This document shows, piece after piece, positions 1 through 11,124 of a DNA stretch of 37,711 bases. The notes under the pieces are model-generated. The model saw only the letters and a program-made list of their open reading frames with translations. It was not told the origin of the DNA and searched no databases. Numbering within the stretch: position 1 is the first letter of the stretch; each line of letters starts with the position of its first letter. Source of the DNA: Saprolegnia diclina VS20 (lineage: Eukaryota); NCBI RefSeq assembly GCF_000281045.1, contig NW_008246180.1:18238-55948 (forward strand). The letters run 5' to 3'. The position numbers and the translations under genes were made by a program.

Positions 1-56
1 GCCGAGAGCACGGCGAAGATGTCCTTGCCGCTAGTCAGCGCAGCCTTGGCCTCCAT
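1..56 (-). CDS. 5' end of a gene running off the left edge (MEAKAALTSGKDIFAVLS...), product unknown
   Basis: ATG at 56-54 on the minus strand, open frame to position 1 with GC3-rich codons like neighbouring genes; too short to identify. Confidence 0.5.
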   Translation of the reverse strand, partial: MEAKAALTSGKDIFAVLS

Positions 57-95
57 CGCGCCTCTTCAAGATCGCGATCTTTCGACTTTGCCGTT
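53..95 (+). repeat. 43-bp direct repeat, copy 1 (contains palindrome AAGATCGCGATCTT)
   Basis: ccatcgcgcctcttcaagatcgcgatctttcgactttgccgtt matches 9585-9627 at 39/43 positions without gaps. Confidence 0.85.
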
Positions 96-204
96 TTGCA
101 TGGATACTGTAGATAGAGGGATACATCACTGTAGTGGATAATGCTACATGCGGTCAACTGAGTCATCGTTTGCCCGATGCTATCTTGTTATTATGAATGT
201 CAAG

Positions 205-3200
205 TTACGCAATGGAAAGCTGAGCGAGTTCTTGCTCAGTAAAGTGAATTCCGAGGTCCACCAAATCGGGCTGGATCATCTGCCACACACCGCGTCGTTC
301 GTCGCCAGCGACCGCAACGTTCGCAAGGTACGCGGTGGTTTGTTTCTTGCGCGCATCAGCGTGTGTTTTCTGCAGCAGCTCGGTCGATACAAAATGGCTT
401 CGACCTCGGTTGGGGTTTGATGGGCAGTCGAGCACATGACTGTGGCATGCCGAGTTGTCCCTGTTGTGGTACACGAGGCAGTTGGCACAGAAATTCGTGT
501 TGCAGTTGGTGTTGCCGCAAGTGACACACGTGCAACCCGTGAAGTCGAGGAACGCCGACTTGCATTTCGGGCATGCGAGCGTGAGGATCTCGTCGCAGAT
601 GCGACGGACGTGGCCTTGCACAGTCCGGTTCGCGCTGAGCTGAGAGAGCTGGCACGTGACCGTCGGGTGCTCGTCGACGGGCATCGCCAACTTGTCCGAG
701 CACGTGATGCAGTACGTCTTTTGGCAGTTGTCGCACACTGCGCGGTCGCCCCCGTGCATTCCTACACGCGGCACCCCATCACGAGACATTATTTCCTTGT
801 ACATGCAGTACCTTTCTTGTACTCTGCGGTACGGAACACTTGGTTGCAACCCGGCTGCGGACACAGCGAAAAGGCATCTTGGTGTTGCACTCGGTAGAGC
901 TCCACGGCCTTCTCGGCCAAGCCCTCGAGTTGCGACGGCGGCACCAGCTTCAAGCTGTCTTCGACACTCAATGCAGCGTTGCACCCATCCCGAGGGCATC
1001 TCAGTGGAAGCTTGGTGTCTTGACTTCCAAACATGGGCAGAATGCAGTTGGTGCAGAAGGTGTGACCGCACAACGTCAGCTGCGTCGTCGTAGCATCGAC
1101 TTCGCATAGGCAAAGCGGGCACTCGAGTGTACTCGTCGCGACCGAGCGGGGTCCGTCCCGGTTTGCAAACAAGTAGCCTTGGAGGGACGCTGTGATGGCC
1201 TCGATGGCGTCGTGTGATCCCGAGAGATACAACTTGGCGCCAAGATCAAAAGCGCGCGCACATACGGATGCGACTTTGAGCGACTTGATCTTGCGCTTGT
1301 CGAGCACGAGGACGCGGTCGGTGACGTCCAGCGCGGCAAACTGCTTGATAAAACCGACCATGTCGCGTTTGGCTCTTTGGAACTCGTCGTCGTTGCCGTA
1401 GACAAAAATTTGGCCCGTGCGTGCGTTCCAGTGCACATAAATGTCATTCGAGAGCGTGCCCAGAAACTTGCGGCCGGCACCCGAGAAGAGACGCTTGATG
1501 TCGGTGTGCTTGAACTGCGTGCAGCGCGTGATCTCGCCAAGCTCGGCTTGAATGCGCCCGAGGATGAGGCGCGACGTCGAGGTGAACCGGATCGCTTCGA
1601 AGTTCGTTCTTGTCGGCACCTCAAAGACAATGACGCCCCGTCGGCGAGCGTCGGCGAACACCGGCGCCAGCAGATTGGCGCGCTTCTTGCACACTTCGAC
1701 GTGCGTCCGCGCCACGTACGTGTGCTCAAGCGCTAGCCGGATCGGCTGCCCACACGGCATCTCCGCGGGTGCCCACGACTGTAGCGCTGACATGTAGAGA
1801 GCCTCGAGCGCCGATGTGTCGTCGTTGACGATGTACACGCCGGCGCGGCCAGCGTCGAGGAAATCCGTGGCCACAAACGTATAAGGCATGTGCGCCAATA
1901 CGGAGCCGAGCCGTCGCGCCCGCACGGCGAGGACGCTCTCCATCGACGAACTCTGGTCCGCAGAGCCGTTCAGTTCGCGATCGATGCGGAAGCGCTCGTG
2001 GGGCATTGCCGTCAGGCGCTCCGTGAGCGTGCCCTCGTCCAAGGAGGGTGGGAGACCATGTACGGCGACAAGAAACGATGTAAAGTCGGTGCCGAGGTTG
2101 AAGTGGTACACCATCGGGGCCATGCGCGTCACGGGTGGCAGTGGCTTGAGCCCAAGGGGTGTCTTCGCAGGCATCTCAGATGCACCTTTGGCCGCAGCGC
2201 GTGCTGCCTCGGGCAAGATCGTTTTGTACGCTTGAAGAAACCGGTTGGCGTCGGGCGCCGATTTGAACCAAACCTTGGCGACGCCTTTGGAGGCAGCGGT
2301 GGCCCAGGACACTTTGATACGACTCGACGTCGACTGCTGCAGGCCGGGCTTGGCCATCGCCTTGCCGGCGCTCACTTGCACGTTGCGCCCGGCGATGACT
2401 TCGCCTTGCAGCCGCGTGAGCACTTGCTTGGCGACAGCCTTGTCGTAAAATGTAAGCGCAACGGATTGGTCGCCGCCGTTGACGTCTTGCTGCTCTAGTG
2501 CGCGCAGGATTGGCTGCGAACTGTTGGCGGCTTTGGCAACGAACGCACGGATGTCGCGTCGAGGCATCGTGGCCGGGAGCTGGCGCACATACACGGTGAC
2601 GTACTCGTCGTCAAAGAGCAGCTCGTCGACAACAAATCCAGCGCCGATCACAGCCCGTGTGCCGCCGAGGTACGTCTGCTCCGTCGTGAGCGCGAGCGTT
2701 TCTTCCTGGTACGGTGCGACAAGGGCATCGACGCGCGACTGCAGACCGCGCGCAATGGCTGGGGTGCAGAATGCCACGAGCTGGCCCTTGTCCGGCACGA
2801 CGTGCAGCGTACACCCGAGTTGGACTTCGATGGCTTCGAGGTTGCACAGCTGCTTTCCCACAAGTTTCTTGAGCGCAGGGCTGGGCACGGTCAGCACGAC
2901 AGTGGAAATCGGAAGCTGCTGCAGCTTTGCGCTCACGTTGCGAGCAAATTCCGGACTCTCAGAGGCGAGCCACCCTTCTTCGACAGGCGTGCACGCCACG
3001 AGAAGGGCGCGGCCGGCGGGGCGAAAGATCTTGTCGTAGACGATCCAGTCCGGTGGGACCCCGTTCTGGATGGCCGCCTCCATCGGAATCGTGCCCACGA
3101 CGTCGGCTTCGACGGCGCAGTACTGCAGCATGTGGCTGCGGTCGCGCTTGAGACACGCCACGTGCAAAAAGAACCCTGCAGGACGTCATGAGACTGTGGG

Positions 3201-5835
3201 TTGGACTAGGGATGATTAGGGTACCGTAAAAGACGATGCGCCGCAGGGCGCTGTCCGACACCTCGCCCGTTTGTGGTCGCTCTTTCCAAAACGCCAAGTC
3301 GGCGACTTGGCCCCGCAGCTCGTCTTGAAGCGCGACAGCGAGACCGAGTGCCTTGTTGTTGAGCCCGTTCTGCTGACACCACTGCGCAGCCTTTTTTTTC
3401 GTACGGAACGTGATTTTGCCACTGCTCTTGGGCGGTGTGGGTACCGACTCGATGCTGTCTCCTGACGTGCCCTCGGAGCGCGTCTCGTCCGTGTTCTCAT
3501 CGTCGTCGTCGTTGATGACTGCACGCTGCTGAACGTTCAGTCGACGTAGGAGCCCGGCCGTTAGCGCAATCGCAGGTGGGTCGTCCGTAGGCTCGACGTC
3601 ATTTGGCGCACTCACGGCCATCACTTCGACACGCGTTGCACCCGTGAGCACACTGCGGTATTCTTTCAGAGCCCGCACCATCGGTACGATATCACCGTCG
3701 TCGGAGACAAGCATCGGATGTGTCGACGGCTTCTTCGTCTTGTCGCGCCACACAAACATGTGCGCGACCGATTGGACCGCCGCGATCTGCAGCGCTGCCT
3801 CGCCATGGCCGTGCGCACAGCTCTTGACTAGCATCCGCACGAGCTCGGGCGGCTGCTGCAGCGTCGTGATGATTGTGCCGAGGGCCGTGATGTGGCCGTT
3901 CTCGAGTGCGCCAAGGAGCGTCAGCTCGCGCTCCGCGGCTGCCATGGCGTCGGCGGGCGGGGCCGAGAGCCACTCGAAGATCGTTGGATCGATGCGGAGC
4001 CGGCGCAGTGTGAGCACAGCAAGCACCAGCGGCTGTCGAAATATCTCGGGCAACGTACTCGTCTCCATGAGCTCGAAATCGTGCTCGCTGTAGAGCCGCA
4101 CACACACACCGGGTTGCGTGCGGCCGGCGCGGCCGGCTCGCTGGATGGCCGAGCTCCGCGCAATGCTCTGCACTTTGAGCGACGCGATTTTCCGCACGTG
4201 GTCGTAGCTCACGCCTTTCTTGAGCCCACTGTCGACGACGTAGACGACTCCAGGGATCGTAATCGACGTCTCGGCCACATCGGTTGCGAAGAGCACCTTG
4301 CGCTGCTCGGTGGGCGCAAAGGCCAGCTTTTGATCCTCGGGCTCCTGCTTTCCGTAGAGCGTACGCGCAACAAGGCCCGGTTCGTGGCACTTCTCAAGCA
4401 CGTCCTGGGCCCGCAACACGTCGTCTTGGCCAGGTAAAAAGCACAGGATGTCGCCCGGTAAGCTGTCGCGGTGCAGCTCCAGCGCCACCTGTGCCATGTA
4501 GGTGGCCATGTCTTTTGTGCCGTCTGGCGTCACCATGTACGATACGTCGACTGGAAACAGGCGCCCGGGGATGTCCACGATGGGTGCGCCACCAAAGTAC
4601 GTCGAAAAGAGGGCGATGTCAATGGTGGCGGACGTGACGACAAGTGGAATGTGTCGCCAGCGCGCGTCGTCCGACTTTAGCGACCCGAGCAGCAAGTCGC
4701 ACATGATACTGCGCTCGTGCGCTTCGTCCACCACAATCGCACCAATGCCTTCGAACAACTTGTTGTCTTGGCGCATGATCATGTCGAGAAGGACGCCTTC
4801 CGTGATGTACTCGATGCGCCCTCGCGCACGGCACTGGCGCCGGCCGCCGACACGGTATCCGACATCGACACCCACAGTTGCCGCCTTGTCGTAGCCGCCT
4901 GCAAATTCGAGGGCGACGCGCTCTGCGAGCGCCATGGCCGCGAGCTTCCGTGGCTGCGTCACGAGAATCTTCGTTCGCGGGAATAGCTCTGCGAGGTACT
5001 GAGGAATTTGCGTGCTTTTGCCCGAGCCCGTTTGGCCTTGCACGACCACAAACCGACTCTGGGTCACAGCGCGCTCGATCTCGTCGCGCTTGGCGTACGC
5101 AGGCAAGCGCTGCTGGAAACGGTACAACTCGCGCTTGCGTCGGTACTTGTCTTCTTTTGTGGCCACGGAGAACGTTGCTTGGATGGCTTTGAAAACGTGC
5201 AGATGACACTCGAGTTCCAGAACGGCGGCGTCCTGCGACGCGTCGGGCGTCATACGTGCACGACGCAAGAGACGTTGGTGGTCGGCCACTGCCCTGTCTT
5301 CGCGTTGACAAAACTTGGCTTCTTCGGTGAACGGCGCCGACGCCACGGCTGCCCGGTCACCAATCGACTGAGCTGGAAGATGGAGAGTCATCGGCGGTGG
5401 TGCTGCCGCCCGCTGCTGCTGCCTCTGCCTCGGTGCCGCAGGCTGCTGCTCCTGACGAGGCGCCTGCTGTGCGGGTCGGGGTGCAGACTCTTGGGGTTGC
5501 ACAGCTGGCGTTGGGCGCTCTGGCGGCTGCGACGTGTTCGTGCGTGTGGGCCTTTCCTTCGGCGTCGCGACCCGCGGGGGGGGGGCTGCGGCCCCGTGGA
5601 CGGGGCCTTCGACAGGGTAGGCGGCGGGCTCCGTGTGGTAAAAGGTACACGCGGCACCCTTGGTGCAGACTCTGCCCAGGGCGACGCTGACACAGCGGAT
5701 GTTGGTATGGTTCTTAGGGCACGTTCGCTGCACGCAAGCATCGTCCGCGGGACATTTCTCGGCTTGCGGGTGGTTCCGCGTACACGTGTTGATGCGGGCA
5801 CAAGCACCTTTGTCTTTGCACTCGCCGTTGGCCAT
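205..5835 (-). CDS. CCCH zinc finger + DEAH-box RNA helicase + RRM/KH-like region + RBR (RING1-IBR-RING2) E3 ligase fusion, ~1843 aa; architecture resembles plant DEAH11/DEAH12 helicase-RBR proteins
   Basis: Exons 5835-3225, 3175-812 and 761-205 joined in frame by GT-AG introns 3224-3176 (49 nt) and 811-762 (50 nt). Helicase motifs GQTGSGKST, TQPRKLAA, TEGVLL, DEAH, SAT, FLPG, TDVAETSITIPG, QRAGRAGR; RRM-like TVYVRQLP...LQGEVIAGRNVQV; RING1 CPLC..CGHTFCTNC..CPRDGC; IBR CPQPGC..CDNC..YCITC..H..C; RING2 CPKC..DFTGC..C..C..FCANC. Confidence 0.93.
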
Positions 5836-7910
5836 GCCGCAAATTGAACAATGGATCGAGATGGCAAAGCACCGTCCATAAAATGGAACAGCATGTGTAC
5901 TGCAACAGCAACCATTAAAGCGCTATACGTTAGCACAGTAAAAGAGACTGCATTTTGCTATATTGCATCGCATATGGGAGAAAGCGACTGATAGTGGGTC
6001 TCGAAACGGGTGGCACCCTCAGTTTCATCCGCAGTCGCAGGAGATTTCATAGATATGCGACCCTACTGACGTATAGGACGTTGTAAACGTTTACTGTAGA
6101 GCCAAAATGATCGACTTGCAGATCAAGCAGAGGCAGCGCTATCGAGCATTCGTTTCACAATACTAGTGCCCAAACTGTTGTGCCGTTGGGGTTGGAAGGC
6201 CCCAGACACGAGCTTCTGCGCTTGAGGAGGAAAAGGCAAAACAAAGTCTGAATTCGATGAGCTTTTACAAGCTACTGCTGGGCCAATACATTGGAGCAGC
6301 GCCCATTGACCAGTCTGGCGTCCAATTAGCGGACGGCCAGAGCTTGGCCCAATGGGAGACTGCCACGAGGTTTCAACACATACCACTAAAACATTGCCCC
6401 TGCAAGCAGTCCAATGAAAATTCTACCGTATCTAAATAAATAGGCGCGCCTACAACGAAAATGTCCTTCGCTCATCATTCTGAGGCTCGGAGAAAGACGT
6501 CGGAGAACCGACTCCATGTAGTGAGATTGTGTGTGGCTCATTGAAGGTGTGGCTCTGTCGCACTCCGCCAAATGGCTCCAATGCCAGTTTTATTGCCATC
6601 TTGCCGCAAAACCCAGTTATACATCTTGAGCGAACACCCCCGTTTCGCGTGAACTCGTGATCATACAGGCCGCCCGGAGTAGTTTGTGGGATTGTGCTAC
6701 AAAAAAAGCAACTGTGTCTTCTTCGAGCGCTATCAATGCTTTTGGGGCGAGATGGCCATATTCTCCGCGACAACCACGGGGAGGATCTGCCGTTTTAGTT
6801 GGCGTCTTCATACATTGCTGATAGTGGAGTAAAATCGCATGCATGCGTTTCATAACGGCACCAAACACAGCGACGGGTCACGACGGGTGCCCAAGTTTCG
6901 AGATGTGACCGCAGGAACTCCATAAAGCGTCGTTTTTGATGTAGTAGAACGTTGTCCCACTCAATTTCCCCTACCAGCCCTCCACAAAACGTGCACTAAA
7001 ACCGTCCCCGCAATGCGGGGATGCCAGTGGTGCCCTCAAACACCCCAAAATTCCAGGAATACATGGATCACATCGGCCAATGTTCGAATTTACAACTCTC
7101 CGGAAAACCGCATACAATTCAATTCCCCGAATGACGACAGTAGCCGACTGAGATTTGCTGAGCGTTGGCGAGCGAGGTTTGTGCGAGGCCTCCGTCGAGA
7201 ATGTACCGCGACAACCTCTCCGAGATATCGAAAATGAGAATTCGAGGTGATTCTAAAAAGCTCGTTTCAACTCCTTGCACGCGCCATTCACACGCAGCGT
7301 TGTCAGCATTGGGAGGCGGCAATGTGTTCGGGTGGCGGGAATAGCTTAGCTTAACGCAACGCTCGCCTTGGCTGTGGCCGCCGCGCGACAGGGTCTGGAA
7401 CGGAATTCAAGACGACGGTTCGTCCAATGATGTTGACCTGGACTTGGTTTGTCCATCGTGGCCACCAAAGTCCAACGGCTAGTTGTTCTGCAAACACCCG
7501 TCTTATGGAAGTGAAATGGGAGATTATGTGCTTCCAACTTGCCAGCACGGGACTTGCCGTCGATCATCTTGCCCCTCAAGAGAAGTCGACCATGTTGTCC
7601 CATTTGGTGTGATTCTCTTGGATAGCTTTGCCGGATACCTGCGCACCAACAGAGATCGTGCCGCCAGCAGCTGCTTGTACCTGAGAGTGTTGCTCGTGTG
7701 TGCCCTCGCTACATGGGTTGCTGAAGGCACAGGCGGCGCTATGAGCTCACATTCCAGTGGACGGATGTGTCAGTTTTGGCTCAGCGTGGGTTCATGGATC
7801 CACCGCTTTGCATGAGAACCCAACCGCTGTATATTAGAAAAACCAAAATCGTACAACGCACCAAACGTGACCAACGGCTTTGAAACTACCCGCGTATTTC
7901 ATTCATCGAT

Positions 7911-7926
7911 GCTCATTCCATCATTT
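7911..7926 (+). promoter_or_regulatory. Oomycete initiator/FPR core-promoter motif
   Basis: GCTCATTCCATCATTT is an exact match to the GCTCATTYBNNNWTTY consensus and ends 21 nt before ATG 7948. Confidence 0.75.
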
Positions 7927-7947
7927 GCTGCGAGCCGAGGTACGAAC

Positions 7948-8961
7948 ATGAGCCTGATCGTCCACTGCAACTACTGTGACCTCATTACCGACGAAAAGCG
8001 CAAAGATGACCTTCGGAAATACCTGGAAGACTTCCAGAACAAGCTCGCGACCGTCGGATCGCCCGACCTCGGCGCCTACAATAGCTTGATGGAAAGTGTT
8101 GTCTGCCTCGTTGTCGAGGACGCCCTCGGACGCATCAAGGGCCTGAAGCGGTACCGCAGTGCAGCAACAAATAGGCCGGGTGAAGGCTTCTTGCGCTCCG
8201 TTCAATGGGGTATCGAAGGTTTCAAAGTATTCAAGAATATGAAGACGGACTGTCAAGCCGGCGACGACTTGGCCAACTACGTCCCCCTCGTCGAGTGCGT
8301 CGAGCAAAATTGGTCGGCGCTCGCACTCGTCCTCATGGAGTCGATTGTGTGCTGCCTCCGATGGCTCCACCGTACGCTTAAACCAGCCACCCAGGTGGTG
8401 GCACAAAGCCAACAGCCTGCCGCTGCCCAACTCATGATGCCGGCGCCAGTTGCGTCTTCCGCGCCGCCACTGCTGCCCACGACTACAACAGCATGTCGCC
8501 CTCTTGAAGAGCCACCTCTACCAACCGCCATGGCTGCAGCTCGACGCGCTGCGCCAAATGGGGCAATTCTCCAGATCTCGACACCAAGGAGCACCGAGTT
8601 AGTCGAGACTGAAATTGGCGTCATCGCGGAGTTGCGCAGACAGAAACCGCGATACTACGGTATGTGCGACCGCGGCAGCCGATGTTTGACACGCGCTTGC
8701 AACCTTGTGCATCGTACAGAAGACATGTGCATCGTGGGCGTCGCCCGTGCCATCGCCAGTGGCGACAGATGGAAGTCAACGCGGTGCAACCATCAGCCCG
8801 ATTGCACATACGGTGCCAGGTGCGATTTTCAGCACGATAGCGATGACGAAGACGCCATTTTGCGTCTGAAGGACATCGCGAAGCAGCTCGTGGTCCCCAC
8901 CGATACGCACCAGGGAGTCCAATTCATATCAGGCGAGACTGTTGCTGTGGTCCGGCGGTAA
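7948..8961 (+). CDS. Intronless protein (~337 aa): helical N-terminal domain, Pro/Ala/Gln linker, two C-terminal CCCH zinc fingers
   Basis: ATG 7948 just after an INR motif; CDRGSRCLTRACNLVH (C-x5-C-x4-C-x3-H) and CNHQPDCTYGARCDFQH (C-x5-C-x5-C-x3-H). Confidence 0.8.
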   Translation: MSLIVHCNYCDLITDEKRKDDLRKYLEDFQNKLATVGSPDLGAYNSLMESVVCLVVEDALGRIKGLKRYRSAATNRPGEGFLRSVQWGIEGFKVFKNMKTDCQAGDDLANYVPLVECVEQNWSALALVLMESIVCCLRWLHRTLKPATQVVAQSQQPAAAQLMMPAPVASSAPPLLPTTTTACRPLEEPPLPTAMAAARRAAPNGAILQISTPRSTELVETEIGVIAELRRQKPRYYGMCDRGSRCLTRACNLVHRTEDMCIVGVARAIASGDRWKSTRCNHQPDCTYGARCDFQHDSDDEDAILRLKDIAKQLVVPTDTHQGVQFISGETVAVVRR

Positions 8962-9116
8962 ACAGGCTTTTGCATTTTGCCTTCTATTGTACGAATGGTT
9001 AGCGATACGGGGAGATGAATGAGCTTTGTATTGAGAGGACACCGCAAGAATGGACTGATGGGGTTTAAAAGAGCATTCATAGCGAAGAGACTTGGAGCTT
9101 GATGAACAAATCGTAA

Positions 9117-9464
9117 ATGAGTTTCGCGAGCAAATCGTTGCGGCAGCGCCTTGCTAAAAGGGCGTGCAGGCTCGGCAAAACGGTTCGAAATGGCGTCGAC
9201 GCATCCGTTATTCTCTCCCAGGGCTCGCTTGTCAACGTTGGCCAAGGCACTGTCTCGTGCGTGCTCGTTCCTGGTGCACTGACGCTCAGCAGAATCTCGG
9301 TTGGCGACGGGCGCGTCGGCGGAGTCTCCAAGGCCGACAAGACGGTTGTCTGCACCACCAATGACGTTCACTGGACAACACTACCGGGCGACAACTGGCG
9401 TCTTGGCAGCACTGCGTTTGCCCCCGACAGCAGCAACAAGCTCAGCTCGTCCGCGGTCCTGTAA
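9117..9464 (+). pseudogene. Possible fragment of a tectonin-like beta-propeller gene
   Basis: LSRISVGDGRVGGVSKADKTVVCTTNDVHWTTLPGDNW resembles one tectonin-type repeat like those at 32962-34103 and 37097+; no signal peptide and the rest of the ORF is unconvincing. Confidence 0.4.
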
Positions 9465-9584
9465 TACCTTGTGCGATTCGTCATTTTTCACCAAAATACT
9501 TTCGTAAGACGCTAATGAACGCTAAGAACAAAGTTGAAGTTGGCGCTTGCACCGCGGTCGATGGATGGTGGCTTGCTTGGGAGG

Positions 9585-9627
9585 CCACCGCGCCTCTTCG
9601 AGATCGCGATCTTGCCACTTTGCCGTT
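9585..9627 (+). repeat. 43-bp direct repeat, copy 2
   Basis: ccaccgcgcctcttcgagatcgcgatcttgccactttgccgtt, 39/43 identical to 53-95; ends 33 nt before ATG 9661. Confidence 0.85.
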
Positions 9628-9660
9628 GGAAATTATCCCCGAAAAGTCAGAGCTCGGGCC

Positions 9661-9964
9661 ATGGACGTCCTCACCGACGCGCAGCTCGCGGCGCTCAACC
9701 AAGCCAAGGTACGCCATTCCTCTTCCTCTCTGCCTGCGTCGATGTATCTATGACGTTGCGCGTCAGGTGGGCATCCGCATGGACAATGAAAAGTACATCC
9801 GCGCGCACCCCGAACTCGACCTCGTCATGCGCGCGCTCGTCAAGGCCGTGCTCCGCGACCGCCCGGCCAATGTGACGGCGTACGCGCACACGTACTTTGC
9901 CCGCGACCTCGACATCCTCCGCGGCGAGATCACCGGCGGCGACGCCAAGACAACACGGAGCTAA
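9661..9964 (+). CDS. RIIa/Dpy-30 dimerisation-docking domain protein, RIIAD1-like (~81 aa)
   Basis: Exons 9661-9708 and 9767-9964 (58-nt GT-AG intron) give MDVLTDAQLAALNQAKVGIRMDNEKYIRAHPELDLVMRALVKAVLRDRPANVTAYAHTYF, matching the RIIAD1 pattern NEKYLR.H.E...L..RP.N....A..YF. Confidence 0.85.
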
Positions 9965-9985
9965 CCCACTGTCAATGCATTGGTC

Positions 9986-11124
9986 TTATGCTTGCAACCG
10001 ATACGCGCCGTCGTTCGTGCGCCAGACGCCGAGGTTGTAGCAAAGCGGGATGAGCAGCATCTCGCGCAGCATCGAGAAGGTCGCGTCAATGACGTTGAGC
10101 TTGGAGCCGGGAATCTCTTGCCAGCGCACCGCAACCTCCTACCATTGATGATGACACAGATGAGAGACTAGAGGAGCAAGATGCGAGCGTACGTAGCACG
10201 GAATGCGCAGCTTGTGCGCCAGGTAGAGCAGCTCGACGTCAAAGCCCCAGCGCTCAATATGCAGCGGCGGGAAGAGCAGCTGTGCAGCCTTGCGGTCAAA
10301 GAGCTTGAAGCCACACTGCGTATCGCGAATGTCGTTGACGCACAGCGTCGCCACGATCCAGTGAAAGCCGTGCATGAGGACGTTGCGCAGCGGGTGGCGC
10401 TACATCAAGCGCCATGAGCCACACGATGAGAAGGGAGTGTCTACCTTGGCCGTGGCCTCGCCTTCGAGATGCGCGCGGCTGCCACAGACCACGACGCCAC
10501 TGGTCGCGCCCTTGCCTTTGGTCGTCCAGAGAGCCTCGAGCTTACTAAAGTCGTCAATCTTGGTCGCGGCGTCGGCGTCGGCCATGAGGATGATCTCGCC
10601 GGACGCCTTGAGCACGCCCATGCGGACGGCGCCGCCCTTGCCGTGGTTGCTCTCGAGCCGCAGGAGCTTGAGCTTGTCGACGCCATGGCGGCGGATGTGG
10701 CCTTCGACGACGGCAACGGTCTTGTCCGTGCTGCAGTCGTCGACGACAATGATCTCGTACGTAAACGACGCATCGGCGGCCGCGCGGCCCTCGAGGTACG
10801 CGATCGTCTCGTCCAGCATCGGCTCGATGCGCTCTTCTTCGTTGAACGCAGGCACGATGAGCGAGAGGCAGCGCGTTGCCGGTGCCGAGAGGCACGGAAA
10901 CACCAGTCTACACGTGCATCATGAGGCGGCTGCGTGGCCAGCGAGGGTGCGTACGTGGTGCCCGGCGTGGTCGGGTCCGTGTAGGAGCGGTACTTGGTCG
11001 CATCATGCGCGGCTGCGTAGGCCTTGGCCATGGTCACGGGCGCGAAGAACCAGCGCAGGAGCGGCAGCAGCAGCAGGGCGCCAGCGCCGACGACGACGAC
11101 AGCTACGACCGGCAGCGGCAGCAT
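9986..11124 (-). CDS. ALG5: Dolichyl-phosphate beta-glucosyltransferase (GT2 family), multi-exon
   Basis: N-terminal TM segment; LSLIVPAFNEEERI, YEIIVVDDCSTD, NHGKGGAVRMG, MADADAATK, GSRAHLE, LMHGFH, IRDTQCGFKLF, RWGFDVELL; GT-AG introns link the ORF pieces; stop TAA at 9988-9986. Confidence 0.93.

Noticed and set aside
5576..5585. Run of 10 G, possible phase-variable tract
   Set aside because: Encodes Pro residues in a low-complexity linker and the frame is intact; no evidence of switching
356..5847. Many long overlapping ORFs antisense to or out of frame with the helicase-RBR gene
   Set aside because: Shadow ORFs expected from GC3-rich coding sequence; no motifs of their own
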